From NCBI RefSeq assembly GCF_001194135.2, contig NC_069002.1, positions 6,814,770-6,847,965 of the forward strand: a stretch of DNA of 33,196 nucleotides, in the 5' to 3' direction. The DNA comes from Octopus bimaculoides. Lineage: Eukaryota. The translations under genes and the position numbers were made by a program. Under the pieces are notes generated by a model, which was given only the letters and a program-made list of their open reading frames with translations, was not told the origin of the DNA and did no database searches. Shown here one piece after another: positions 11,161-21,974 of this stretch. Position 1 is the stretch's first letter, and the number at the start of each line of letters is the position of its first letter.

Positions 11161-11210
11161 AGTATTTCTTTATTAAAAAATAAGTGTAGAGTAACTTTAC
11201 GGACACCCTG
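11161..11210 (-). mobile_element. solitary Tc1/mariner-like terminal inverted repeat
   Basis: Minus strand begins CAGGGTGTCCGTAAAGTTAC, a typical Tc1/mariner or MITE end. No partner TIR was found and the flanking TA is absent. Confidence 0.4.
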
Positions 11211-11285
11211 GATACACACACACACACACGTCTGTGTGTAGACATACATAAACACTCACACACTCACCCATACATACACACGCAC

Positions 11286-11510
11286 TTGTCTGTGTGTATG
11301 TCTATAGATATACATAAGCACACACACATGTCTGCATGTATATGTCTATATACATATATAGACATACATAAACACTCACACACACACATGCTTGTCTGTG
11401 TGTATATCTATAGACATACATAAACACACACACTCACATACACACATATGTCTGCGTGTATATGTCTATATGCATAAATAGACATACACAAACACTCTCA
11501 CATACACACA
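11286..11510. repeat. higher-order minisatellite (about 106-120 bp x2) built from TG/TA/CA blocks
   Basis: TTGTCTGTGTGTAT.TCTATAGA.ATACATAA...TGTCTGC.TGTATATGTCTATAT.CATA.ATAGACATAC starts at 11286 and 11392. Confidence 0.75.
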
Positions 11511-12155
11511 CTCACACAAACACATACACACTCTTACACACACATTCTGGTCGTGTTTTAAATAGAGTCTCTTCGAAATCGCATGCTTCCGGGTACAATT
11601 CTACGTCGCCGCCCCTTGAAAAAATATCGCGTACTACAGCCTTGCATTCACCAATACACAAGTGGAATATAATGAAGGGACCCCCCCCCCCCCACACACA
11701 TACACCTATGTGTGTGTGAAAGCCCAGCCGGAGGGAACTCGGGATCGATTCACATCTTGGGTGGTAGGATTAATTCATTGTTGGAGGTTTAATAACATCA
11801 CCATATTGTCCATCCCACGGGTAGGATAGGGGTGGGGGGTTCTTTAGTGGACAAGTCCACTCTGTGACAAGTCTTTAGAGTCGGGTCACTGTTTCTGAAA
11901 ATAAACCGCATGTCCCAACATCCCATTAGTCACGGAGACCCAGGAAAAAGGGGTCACGGTTCGTTGACCTCCCTCACTTTCAATATGCCATCAAACGCAA
12001 AAAAAAAGAACATTGTGTATNNNNNNNNNNNNNNNNNNNNNNNNNNNNNNNNNNNNNNNNNNNNNNNNNNNNNNNNNNNNNNNNNNNNNNNNNNNNNNNN
12101 NNNNNNNNNNNNNNNNNNNNNNNNNNNNNNNNNNNNNNNNNNNNNNNNNNNNNNN

Positions 12156-12188
<33 letters not shown>

Positions 12189-12557
12189 AGGACACAAGCA
12201 TGTGTTCATACAGTGGTACTTACGCATATATACGCTCGCTCGCGTGCATACACACACGAACACACACGATGAATATTTACATATAGATGTATACGTGCAT
12301 ATGCATATCTGCACATGCCCATGCGCACGCATGTACACAATCACACACACAAATATGTATGCATACATAAATGCATGCATATAAATATACGCACAAGCAT
12401 ATATCCATACATGCATACATACTCACACATACACATACATATACGCATATGAACGCACACATATATACATCCGTACACACATACATAATGTCACACACAC
12501 ATGTATACACGTTCCTATGCACAAACGTTTACACAAGTGACAGCGAGAGCCCCTACA

Positions 12558-12630
12558 TGGTAGCTTGAATTGCTTGAAATAACAGTCAAATTTACCTTCA
12601 TTCACACTCTACAGTCTTAAACAGAAAATG
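12558..12630 (+). repeat. dispersed repeat, copy 2 (see 7167-7241)
   Basis: GCTTGAATTGCTTGAAATAACAGTCAAATTTACCTTCATTCACACTCTACAGTCTTAAA. Confidence 0.45.
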
Positions 12631-13175
12631 ATATTGTAATTAACGTGGTGGTCACGTCAGGAATACTTTTTTTATTATGGGTCTGCTTGATCAAGGTCGA
12701 CCAGGAAGTGAATTACGGATCTTTTCTGTTTGGCTGCACCTATGAGATTTTAAACGGAACAAAAATTTTAAACGTAACAATAATTTTAAAATTTGGTTTA
12801 TTTATATAATTTTCCAAGCTGAATCTCAGGAAATAATTCATTTTTCCGGGAAAATCCTTTTTTTTGTTTTAAGTTACAAAGGTTTAAAGGTTGATAAATT
12901 TTACCCAGTCAGAAAACAGGATTTGGAAGCTGTCAGAAAGCAGGATATGTAAACATCTACATGTCTGTAGCTTTCGATAGGCTAAAATTACCCCAAATGT
13001 GTAGACTTTAAAATCTATTGAAGTAACTTAAACATTGGAACCAAAGAGAAAAGATCTTAAATAACAATGACATAAGCTCGTAGAACTAGACGCATATATC
13101 CACAAACAAATATATATATACACAGAATTATAAGCAAATATGCATACACAAACACACAATACTACACACACTCAA

Positions 13176-13210
<35 letters not shown>

Positions 13211-13919
13211 NNNNNNNNNNNNNNNNNNNNNNNNNNNNNNNNNNNNNNNNNNNNNNNNNNNNNNNNNNNNNNNNNNNNNNNNNNNNNNNNNNNNNNNNNN
13301 NNNNNNNNNNNNNNNNNNNNNNNNNNNNNNNNNNNNNNNNNNNNNNNNNNNNNNNNNNNNNNNNNNNNNNNNNNNNNNNNNNNNNNNNNNNNNNNNNNNN
13401 NNNNNNNNNNNNNNNNNNNNNNNNNNNNNNNNNNNNNNNNNNNNNNNNNNNNNNNNNNNNNNNNNNNNNNNNNNNNNNNNNNNNNNNNNNNNNNNNNNNN
13501 NNNNNNNNNNNNNNNNNNNNNNNNNNNNNNNNNNNNNNNNNNNNNNNNNNNNNNNNNNNNNNNNNNNNNNNNNNNNNNNNNNNNNNNNNNNNNNNNNNNN
13601 NNNNNNNNNNNNNNNNNNNNNNNNNNNNNNNNNNNNNNNNNNNNNNNNNNNNNNNNNNNNNNNNNNNNNNNNNNNNNNNNNNNNNNNNNNNNNNNNNNNN
13701 NNNNNNNNNNNNNNNNNNNNNNNNNNNNNNNNNNNNNNNNNNNNNNNNNNNNNNNNNNNNNNNNNNNNNNNNNNNNNNNNNNNNNNNNNNNNNNNNNNNN
13801 NNNNNNNNNNNNNNNNNNNNNNNNNNNNNNNNNNNNNNNNNNNNNNNNNNNNNNNNNNNNNNNNNNNNNNNNNNNNNNNNNNNNNNNNNNNNNNNNNNNN
13901 NNNNNNNNNNNNNNNNNNN

Positions 13920-13956
<37 letters not shown>

Positions 13957-14104
13957 AGAGAGAAAGTAGGGCGAGATAGAGAGACAGATAGACAGAGGCA
14001 GAGAGAGAGAGAGAGAGAGAGAAATGAGGGCTAACAAGTCTACCTCTATGACACATCGCTCTCTCTTTCTCTCTCCCTATATATATGTTGACCGTTGACT
14101 GAAC

Positions 14105-14270
14105 ACTATTCAATTTTCTTTCTCCGTGTTTTTCTCCTTGTCTCCGTATTCTTTCTGTTGAAGAGCGTAGCTCGAAACGTCAAAGACTTTCCGTATTCCC
14201 GAGCGTCATACTAATATATACTTTTGTTATTTACACCACCTGTCCTCGTCTGTTGTTATTATTTGTATAT
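14105..14270 (+). mobile_element. Penelope-like (PLE) terminal-repeat relic
   Basis: T-rich block containing the CTG..GA.-stem-CGAAACGTC signature typical of PLE terminal repeats. No RT or GIY-YIG sequence is adjacent. Confidence 0.45.
14150..14186 (+). ncRNA. minimal type I hammerhead-ribozyme-like motif with A6U core change
   Basis: TCTTT-CTGTTGA-A-GAGC-GTA-GCTC-GAAA-C-GTC-AAAGA: stem I TCTTT/AAAGA, stem II GAGC/GCTC, palindromic ACGT helix III, GUC triplet. Confidence 0.55.
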
Positions 14271-14274
14271 TCTC

Positions 14275-14309
<35 letters not shown>

Positions 14310-15099
14310 TGCATGTACGTATGTATGGATGGATGGATGGACGTATCTGTGTATGGATGTATGTATGTATGTATGGATGGATGGATGGACGTATCTGTTG
14401 TCATGTCCATACCTTAGAACGGAGCAACACACCTGCTTTTCTTTTTTCCCTTTTTCCTCCTTCGTTCTTCTATTTGTTGTCTCTAAAGTTTCCTCTTCTC
14501 CGCCACTATTGCTATCGAAAGCGATAACATCTATGGAGGAGCTCTTTTGTATAAGAATGGAGAGCTATGTGTGTGTGTGTGGGGGGGCAGGTTAGCCGGA
14601 GGGTGGAGGAGGGGGGGCACGGGAACAGTGGCAAGGTAGAAGGGGAAACAGGTGATAAAGGGGGAGGGGCAGGGATGTGAAGGAGGAGGAGGAGGAGAGG
14701 GACAAGCGAACACACCACGCCAACAACAACAACAACATGTGTATATGTATGTATGTGGGTAGGTAGGTAGGTAGGTANNNNNNNNNNNNNNNNNNNNNNN
14801 NNNNNNNNNNNNNNNNNNNNNNNNNNNNNNNNNNNNNNNNNNNNNNNNNNNNNNNNNNNNNNNNNNNNNNNNNNNNNNNNNNNNNNNNNNNNNNNNNNNN
14901 NNNNNNNNNNNNNNNNNNNNNNNNNNNNNNNNNNNNNNNNNNNNNNNNNNNNNNNNNNNNNNNNNNNNNNNNNNNNNNNNNNNNNNNNNNNNNNNNNNNN
15001 NNNNNNNNNNNNNNNNNNNNNNNNNNNNNNNNNNNNNNNNNNNNNNNNNNNNNNNNNNNNNNNNNNNNNNNNNNNNNNNNNNNNNNNNNNNNNNNNNNN

Positions 15100-15324
15100 T
15101 CGTCTATATACATTCTGAGTTCGAATTCCACCGAGGTCGACTTTGCCTTTCATCCTTTCGGGGTCGATAAATTAAGTACCAGTTGAGAACTACGTTTAAG
15201 GGTACACGTGTCTGTGGAGTGCTCAGCCACTTGCACGTTAATTTCACGAGCAGGCTGTTCCGTTGATCGGATCAACTGGAACCCTCGACGTCGTAAGCGA
15301 CGGAGTGCCAACAACAACAACAAC
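15100..15324 (+). mobile_element. Meta-like SINE with tail type 3 ending in (AAC)5; head partly in gap
   Basis: GAGTTCGAATTCC B-box and Meta-like centre, then TTAAGGGTACACGTGTCTGTGG...GGAGTGCC(AAC)5. Confidence 0.88.
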
Positions 15325-16194
15325 ATGTGTATATGTATGTATGTGGGTAGGTAGGTAGGTAGGTAGGTAGGTAGGTATAACGCCTCTGGGAAATTATTGA
15401 GATGGTATAAATAAACTAAAATAAACAGGTTACTGATATCGTAGTGCTCAATTAAAAATTCTTGTTGGAAGAGAAGGCTATGTGTCTGTGAATCACATCG
15501 TCTCTCCACTGACGCTAAAGAAACACGAACAATCCCACGCAAACATCATTTCATTCTAAAGATGAAAAATTTACAAACGTCTATATCGGATTTAGGAATT
15601 TTACTATTCCAAAATAAGAGCAATGACATCATGCAAAAATTAGAAAGAGATTTGAGATTAAAGATATTAAAAAAAATATAGTCGTATCTTATGTTTTTAC
15701 CAAATTCTTGGAACTAGTGACATTCTATCTATACAATACAATGAAGTCAACACAGTAGAATGTCTTATTTTGTCCGCATTTTTCGATGTTTTTAGAATGA
15801 TTCATTCCAACCAGTTTTGTTCCCACTCTGTTATTTGTCCTTGAATATCTATGATGATCATAATTAACAGAGCGTTTTTCCATTCATAATGGCTAAATAC
15901 AAACAGAAAGGAAGAAAATGCCGTGACCAATCTGTGTGTAGGTGAGTAGGAGTATCCATGAGACTGAATATGTATTTTCTTACATATGAGACCTATTAGA
16001 ATATAATTATTATAGAAAGATGGTGACATGCCACTCACGGAACTGTCGCCGAGAAGAAAAACTAAATAAATAAACGAGCACTATGACGAATCGGTGCCAA
16101 GCGAAATTTTTTAAAGTATATATATATGCAGAGGTGATGTGTGTGATTGTGTATATATGTATGTACATAGGTGCTTATTTACATAACAAATTTC

Positions 16195-16227
<33 letters not shown>

Positions 16228-16245
16228 TTATATAATACATACATA

Positions 16246-16626
16246 TGTGGTAAGAAGCTTGCTTCCCAACGACATGGTCCCAGGTGCCACTGCGTGGCAC
16301 TTTGGCCAAGTATCTTCTATTATAGCGTTGACCTGGCCAAAGCCTTAAGAATGACTTTGGTCGACGGAAACTGAAAGAAGTCCATCGTATAAATATGTAT
16401 ATGTTTGTGTGTGTGTGTGTGTGTTTGTCCCCACCACCGCTTGACGACCGGTGTTTGTTTGTCTATGTCACCGAAACTTAGCGCTTCGCCTAGTGCCGAT
16501 AGAATAAGTACCAGAGTTTAAAAATAATAAATAAGTACTAGGCTCCATTTATCCGACTAAAAGTTCTTGAAGGCCGTGCCTCCAGCATGGCCGCAGGCCA
16601 ACGACTGAAGCAAACAGAAAAGAAAG
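16246..16626 (+). mobile_element. composite CORE-like SINE, diverged, near full length
   Basis: TGTGGTAAGAAGCTTGCTTCCC...GGAAACTGAAAGAAG, (TG)n, ...CCTCCAGCATGGCCGCAG...GACTGAAGCAAAC. Confidence 0.85.
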
Positions 16627-16655
16627 ACATGCACACACACACACACACACACGCA

Positions 16656-16690
<35 letters not shown>

Positions 16691-16898
16691 CTTTTCTACT
16701 CTAGGTACAAGGCCCGAAATTTTGGAGGAGGGGGCCAGTCGATTAAATCGACCTCAGTACGCAACTGGTACTTAATTTATCGACCCCGAAAGGATGAAAG
16801 GCGAAGTCGACCTTGGCAGAATTTGAACTCAGAACGTAGCGACGGGCGAATTAACGCTAAGTATTTCGCCCGGCGTGCTAACGCTTCTGCCAGCTCGC
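16691..16898 (-). mobile_element. full-length Meta-like SINE, tail type 2
   Basis: Head, B-box GAGTTCAAATTC, Meta-like centre and tail CCTCCAAAATTTCGGGCCTTGTACCTAGAGTAGAAAAG on the minus strand. Confidence 0.9.
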
Positions 16899-17112
16899 AT
16901 TATTTATATGACAAGCGACGAACATACAGTCAGAATAAATATTCGTTAATTAAGTTATTCTAATTATAATTATTTTCTAATTAGAATATCGAACTCACCA
17001 GACCATGTATCCATCTCTTGAGTTAGCTCATGATTTGTCGACTGATGTAGTCACATCTCTGTTGTTAATTTTAAAAGGTATTCTTCGTTGGAAGAAGAGA
17101 TATTTAGGGATT

Positions 17113-17335
17113 AGAAACGTTAGCACGCCGGGCGAAACGCTTAGCAATATTTCGTCTGTCTTTATGTTCTGAGTTCAAATTCCGCCGAGGTCGACTTTGC
17201 CTTTCATCCTTTCGGGGTCGATAAATTAAGTACCAGTTACGCACTGGGGACGGCGTAATCGACTTAATCTTTTTGTCTGTCCTTGTTTGTCCCCTCTATG
17301 TTTAGCCCCTTGTGGGCAATAAAGAAAAATAAGAA
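17113..17335 (+). mobile_element. Meta-like SINE, tail type 1, 5' end clipped
   Basis: AGAAACGTTAGCACGCCGGGCG...GAGTTCAAATTCCGCCGAGGTCGAC...CCCCTTGTGGGCAATAAAGAAAAATAAGAA. Confidence 0.9.
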
Positions 17336-17732
17336 GGAGCAGCGTTCATTCCTTTTTACCTTCGTTTTTTTCTTTCGTTCCTTGTGAATGGTGAGAGNNN
17401 NNNNNNNNNNNNNNNNNNNNNNNNNNNNNNNNNNNNNNNNNNNNNNNNNNNNNNNNNNNNNNNNNNNNNNNNNNNNNNNNNNNNNNNNNNNNNNNNNNNN
17501 NNNNNNNNNNNNNNNNNNNNNNNNNNNNNNNNNNNNNNNNNNNNNNNNNNNNNNNNNNNNNNNNTATATATATCGTTCAAATTTACACCGCATTGGTGGA
17601 TTTGATTTTTTTATTTGTGAATTAAGGCTACGATTGGTTTCATGTTAAGAAAAGCAGGAAAATATCCTCGTGTTTAAACAATTTTTCAAGCCGATCACAT
17701 GGAGAAAGGTGTTCGCCTCCATTTTGGAAAAC

Positions 17733-17895
17733 ACGATGGGCTTCTTTCAGTTTCCGTCTACCAAATCCACTCACAAGTCTTTGGTTGGCCCAAGACTATA
17801 GTAGAAGTGATTTGTTCAAGGCGCCACGCAATGGAACTGAACCCGGAACGATGTGGTTGCGAGGCAAACTATTTACCACACAGCCACGTTTGCGC
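17733..17895 (-). mobile_element. 5' half (head + CORE-a) of the composite SINE
   Basis: Reverse complement of GCGCAAACGTGGCTGTGTGG...GGAAACTGAAAGAAGCCCATCG; stops where the internal microsatellite normally starts. Confidence 0.85.
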
Positions 17896-18109
17896 TTATG
17901 TTTAATTTTATTTAATTTAATTTTATTTTATTTATTTATTTCAACCCTCGTTAAGCCCGTATTTGTAACAGACTATGCTATGCAATCCTAGCTTTGCAGT
18001 GTTCTGAGCAAGCACATCTATGATTCAGAATTCAAACTCATTCCAGCAAACCAAACTCACAATTTTTCTATTTCTTCATGTTCCGCTTTACATCACCATC
18101 CACTCTGAC

Positions 18110-18180
18110 CTTCTCGTAAAGAAAGTAAGATATGTAAAATTAAGGAGATTCGACTGTTATTTCTAGCATGTCAAGCGAGC
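18110..18180 (-). repeat. dispersed repeat, copy 3 (see 7167-7241)
   Basis: Minus strand GCTTGACATGCTAGAAATAACAGTCGAATCTCCTTAA. Confidence 0.4.
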
Positions 18181-18624
18181 ACCCAGAGATTCCCTTCTTG
18201 ACCCCATGTCAATTATGGTTTCTTTGACGGCTACCTTAACACCACCACCACCGCCGCCGCCGCCGCCACTACCAACAACACTACCACGACCAACAGCAAC
18301 AACAACAACAAACTTGTATTGTCTTAATGACTGTGTATAAGCATCATGTTCATGCCTGCTAATATAGGAGATAATTAGCTTGATGACTTTTTTTTTTTAA
18401 TAACGACTAATTAATACTGGGCCAGGTTTGTCATTACATATTGAATCTATAAAACACAAACAGGAACAAGACGTCATAGCTTGACACCATATGAATGGTA
18501 CGTTTATAATACGTAATATATATATATTAGAAATATAATATTTCTAAATCTCTCAGAGAGATTTAAGCAGTAGTGGAGCGATAAAGTTGTAGTATATTGT
18601 CAACTTAATGTGACAATCCCAATA

Positions 18625-18753
18625 AGGGAACACACTACTGCCGTTTAGCCCTAGGAAGCTGGACCGCTTCCTGTCGGCCTTGACACAATTACTGTGTCCT
18701 TAAGTTTGCGAGGGGGAGACAAGCTTCTCCACCCAGCCTAGCCAGCATTCAGG
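18625..18753 (+). mobile_element. possible RTE-LINE 5'-UTR-like fragment, truncated by gap
   Basis: GC-richer block CCGTTTAGCCCTAGGAAGC...CTTCTCCACCCAG. Resemblance is from memory only, with no coding evidence. Confidence 0.25.
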
Positions 18754-19207
18754 NNNNNNNNNNNNNNNNNNNNNNNNNNNNNNNNNNNNNNNNNNNNNNN
18801 NNNNNNNNNNNNNNNNNNNNNNNNNNNNNNNNNNNNNNNNNNNNNNNNNNNNNNNNNNNNNNNNNNNNNNNNNNNNNNNNNNNNNNNNNNNNNNNNNNNN
18901 NNNNNNNNNNNNNNNNNNNNNNNNNNNNNNNNNNNNNNNNNNNNNNNNNNNNNNNNNNNNNNNNNNNNNNNNNNNNNNNNNNNNNNNNNNNNNNNNNNNN
19001 NNNNNNNNNNNNNNNNNNNNNNNNNNNNNNNNNNNNNNNNNNNNNNNNNNNNNNNNNNNNNNNNNNNNNNNNNNNNNNNNNNNNNNNNNNNNNNNNNNNN
19101 NNNNNNNNNNNNNNNNNNNNNNNNNNNNNNNNNNNNNNNNNNNNNNNNNNNNNNNNNNNNNNNNNNNNNNNNNNNNNNNNNNTATATATATATATATATA
19201 TATATAT

Positions 19208-19503
19208 TCTTTTATTCTTTTCTTTTAGTAATTTACGTACACCCATGCTGGAGCAAAGCCTTAAAGGGTTTTATTAGGTTTTATTCTATATCGATCGCTT
19301 TTGCCGAACCGCTAGCATCAGTTGTCAATTGATGGTGGTGTGGGGTCAAGCAACACATACGCACACACCAAATCCGATCACAAGGCTTTGGTCGGCCAGA
19401 GCATATAATAGGAGACACTTGCGTAAGGTGTCACGCAATGGGACTGAACCCGGAACTATGTGTTTGAGATGCAAGCTTCTTCCCCACAGCCACACCTGCA
19501 CCT
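19208..19503 (-). mobile_element. composite CORE-like SINE with several internal deletions
   Basis: CCATGCTGGAGC, TTGCCGAACCGCTA, CAAGGCTTTGGTCGG and GGGACTGAACCCGGAAC occur in the expected reverse order. Confidence 0.8.
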
Positions 19504-19504
19504 T

Positions 19505-19547
<43 letters not shown>

Positions 19548-19699
19548 ATTTATATATATATGTATGTATACCAGATTTATTTTCATTTCCTCGCTCTTTC
19601 AATTTTCACTATGCTTTTCTTTGTCTAATTTTATTTTGCCTCTTTTTTCTTCTATTTTCTTTTCTTTCATCCCCTCTCTCTCTTCCCTTTCTCCCTTTT

Positions 19700-19743
<44 letters not shown>

Positions 19744-20687
19744 NNNNNNNNNNNNNNNNNNNNNNNNNNNNNNNNNNNNNNNNNNNNNNNNNNNNNNNNN
19801 NNNNNNNNNNNNNNNNNNNNNNNNNNNNNNNNNNNNNNNNNNNNNNNNNNNNNNNNNNNNNNNNNNNNNNNNNNNNNNNNNNNNNNNNNNNNNNNNNNNN
19901 NNNNNNNNNNNNNNNNNNNNNNNNNNNNNNNNNNNNNNNNNNNNNNNNNNNNNNNNNNNNNNNNNNNNNNNNNNNNNNNNNNNNNNNNNNNNNNNNNNNN
20001 NNNNNNNNNNNNNNNNNNNNNNNNNNNNNNNNNNNNNNNNNNNNNNNNNNNNNNNNNNNNNNNNNNNNNNNNNNNNNNNNNNNNNNNNNNNNNNNNNNNN
20101 NNNNNNNNNNNNNNNNNNNNNNNNNNNNNNNNNNNNNNNNNNNNNNNNNNNNNNNNNNNNNNNNNNNNNNNNNNNNNNNNNNNNNNNNNNNNNNNNNNNN
20201 NNNNNNNNNNNNNNNNNNNNNNNNNNNNNNNNNNNNNNNNNNNNNNNNNNNNNNNNNNNNNNNNNNNNNNNNNNNNNNNNNNNNNNNNNNNNNNNNNNNN
20301 NNNNNNNNNNNNNNNNNNNNNNNNNNNNNNNNNNNNNNNNNNNNNNNNNNNNNNNNNNNNNNNNNNNNNNNNNNNNNNNNNNNNNNNNNNNNNNNNNNNN
20401 NNNNNNNNNNNNNNNNNNNNNNNNNNNNNNNNNNNNNNNNNNNNNNNNNNNNNNNNNNNNNNNNNNNNNNNNNNNNNNNNNNNNNNNNNNNNNNNNNNNN
20501 NNNNNNNNNNNNNNNNNNNNNNNNNNNNNNNNNNNNNNNNNNNNNNNNNNNNNNNNNNAGAAAACACTGGTCTAACAGGGGAAGTATCTTTGTAAAGTTC
20601 AACTTTCAGAGTTTGTGGATAGACTTGCTAGGTCCTGGTTCAACCCAGCCAGCTGTCAAAAGTGAAGTAAAAGGAGGAAGACAAAGA

Positions 20688-20725
<38 letters not shown>

Positions 20726-20738
20726 CGATGATGATGAT
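20688..20738. repeat. (GAT)n microsatellite
   Basis: 17 units with one GAC; explains the poly-Asp ORF. Confidence 0.95.
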
Positions 20739-21183
20739 AGCAACAACAAAGAAATCAAATTCACTTTCCAAAACACAACTTTTTTCTTTCTAATTTTTAA
20801 TTAAGTTCTTGGATTTTGCCCACTGTCGTCTGGTTTGACAAAAAAAAATTCATTAACGCAGGCGATGGTTTATTGAAGCAATTAATGTTTCCATGCATCA
20901 CGCACTTTATTAGACGGGTCCTAATTTTGCGTTTGGTTAGATAGTCAGTAGTAACAGGGAAGGTTATCAGAGATTCAGAAACAGGAAGATGACTTAGATA
21001 GACGTTAGCAGGAATGTTATTAGACAGAGCAACCAGAATGTTATAAGTTTCACAGTAAAAGGAAGAATATTCGATAGGCAATAAAAGGGATATCATTAGA
21101 TAATAACAGGAAGCTAGTTCAATACTCTTCCGTTTAGATCACTTGAAGCTAATCATAAAATAAAAAATAAACACAAAATCACA

Positions 21184-21336
21184 GAGAATGGCTGTGTGGT
21201 AAGTAACTTGCTTACCAACCATAGGGTTCCGGGTTCAGTCCCACTGCGTGGCACCTTGGGCGAGTGTCTTCTACTATAGCCTCGGGCCGACCAAAGCCTT
21301 GTGAGTGGAAACTGAAAGAAGCCCGTCGTATATATG

Positions 21337-21382
<46 letters not shown>
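21184..21382 (+). mobile_element. 5' half of the composite CORE-like SINE plus its TA/TG microsatellite
   Basis: TGGCTGTGTGG, GGTTCAGTCCC, GGCACCTTGGGCGAGTGTCTTCTAC; 13-bp deletion in GTGG[ATTTGGTAGACGG]AAAC; 3' module absent. Confidence 0.88.
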
Positions 21383-21384
<2 letters not shown>

Positions 21385-21554
21385 CATGTATGTACGTATG
21401 TACAAATCAAAGGTAGGACATAAAGAACACAACAAGAGGAAATCAACAAAACGCAACTTGCGGAAAAACAGACGATAACATGACAAACAGCAAACAGGAC
21501 AAAAGCAAGACTCTTGTCTTGTTTTTATTTAAAGGACACGATACATGTCTTTAA

Positions 21555-21606
21555 GTGCTTTAAGTTTCATATGTTGAGAAATATCTCAAATATATTCATC
21601 AGGCAC
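21555..21606 (-). ncRNA. type I hammerhead-like motif with intact core but defective cleavage site
   Basis: GTGC-CTGATGA-ATATATTTGAGA-TATT-TCTCAACATAT-GAAA-CTTAAA-GCAC: stem I GTGC/GCAC and a 10-bp interrupted stem II, but no NUH adjacent to stem I. Confidence 0.45.
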
Positions 21607-21974
21607 AGACCGCATATAACGAACTAGAAAAAAATTGAATAAGAGAAGGAACGCGAAAAAACTTTGAAGGTAGCATATAGAAAACGCGGAAGGTTAAAAG
21701 AAAAACGGAAAACGGAAAGCGAAAACACAAAAACTAAAATGCAGGAAGTAAAAAGTGTGTGTATTGTGGTGTGACATTTGTGTGTAAGGAAGACCATAGC
21801 ATCATAATTTGTGTGTAAGGAGGACTATAGCACCATAATTTTTTTTCTAAGTATTGCACTTGAAATATAGTCTGTATTATATACTGAGTAGATTTGGATT
21901 TCAATTTTATTTTTCCAATGCGCCACAAAGTTAAAAGAAAAAAGACAAGAGTAAAGTAATAAAACAAAACTAAC

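Noticed and set aside
10207-14564. Three-exon minus-strand gene chain (14564-14413, 11894-11802, 10319-10207)
   Set aside because: On recounting the G-run at 11834-11839, the middle exon's phase does not match the third; the chain fails and no protein family is recognisable.
20797-21096. 99-aa minus-strand ORF in unique sequence
   Set aside because: No recognisable motif or convincing splice signals; the length is within chance expectation.
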